DNA of 53,926 nt from the NCBI GenBank assembly GCA_964413865.1, contig CAYPUR010000003.1, positions 1 to 53,926 of the forward strand, in the 5' to 3' direction. Every line of letters starts with the position of its first letter. Position 1 is the stretch's first letter. The position numbers and the translations under genes were made by a program. Below the pieces are notes generated by a model that saw only the letters and a program-made list of their open reading frames with translations, searched no databases and was not told where the DNA came from. Shown here piece after piece: positions 53,871-53,926 of this stretch. The stretch is from an uncultured Verrucomicrobiota bacterium (GTDB lineage: Bacteria; Verrucomicrobiota; Verrucomicrobiia; Limisphaerales; J093).

Positions 53871-53926
53871 GGCCCGGATTTCTCACGACCGGGAAGATGA
53901 CAACGAAATCCGGGCTCTGGCAAAAC
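53871..53926. repeat. Repeat family B, inverted copy running to the window edge
   Basis: The reverse complement gttttgccagagcccggatttcgttgtcatcttcccggtcgtgagaaatccgggcc matches 27836-27890 with a few mismatches. It abuts the ATG of the TPR gene. Confidence 0.8.

Overview
Visibly GC-rich bacterial chromosomal segment of 53.9 kb. The families present (Tol-Pal, TatA/A/C, DUF4912+GH57, DUF3568-like lipoprotein, four-helix-bundle/IVS protein) suggest a Gram-negative, possibly PVC/Verrucomicrobia-like organism; this is low-confidence inference. I support about 48 CDS. Many long ORFs in the track are antisense shadows or upstream extensions typical of high-GC DNA. Several track starts are TTG/GTG, so I moved starts to plausible ATGs where I could read them. 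Housekeeping content: ilvH-ilvC, dcp, zwf-pgl, pyrF, GH57 branching enzyme, tolQ-R-A-B-pal, tatA-tatA-tatC and a DapA-family gene. Non-routine content: (1) A 5.6-kb accessory island (1873-7592) lies between ilvC and dcp. It is bounded by ~50-bp direct repeats and partitioned by 7-bp (CGTTGAR)n arrays. It carries a class III cyclase-NACHT-FGE/lectin fusion next to a cNMP-binding 2-TM protein, which is my best candidate for an undescribed cyclic-nucleotide defence module, plus an Avd-like four-helix-bundle gene. (2) An ~11-kb, nine-gene minus-strand operon (40882-51944) combines PspA/IM30, a classic-clade AAA+ ATPase, a VWA protein, two SBP-OmpA fusion proteins and a NitT/TauT-type ABC importer. 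(3) A SelW/Rdx-like selenoprotein gene with an in-frame TGA (13144-13380) is absent from the ORF track. (4) An Spt-like/SDR/PAP2 trio suggests sphingolipid synthesis. (5) Two dispersed palindromic repeat families sit in 5' intergenic regions. I found no rRNA, tRNA, CRISPR array, transposase or integrase.
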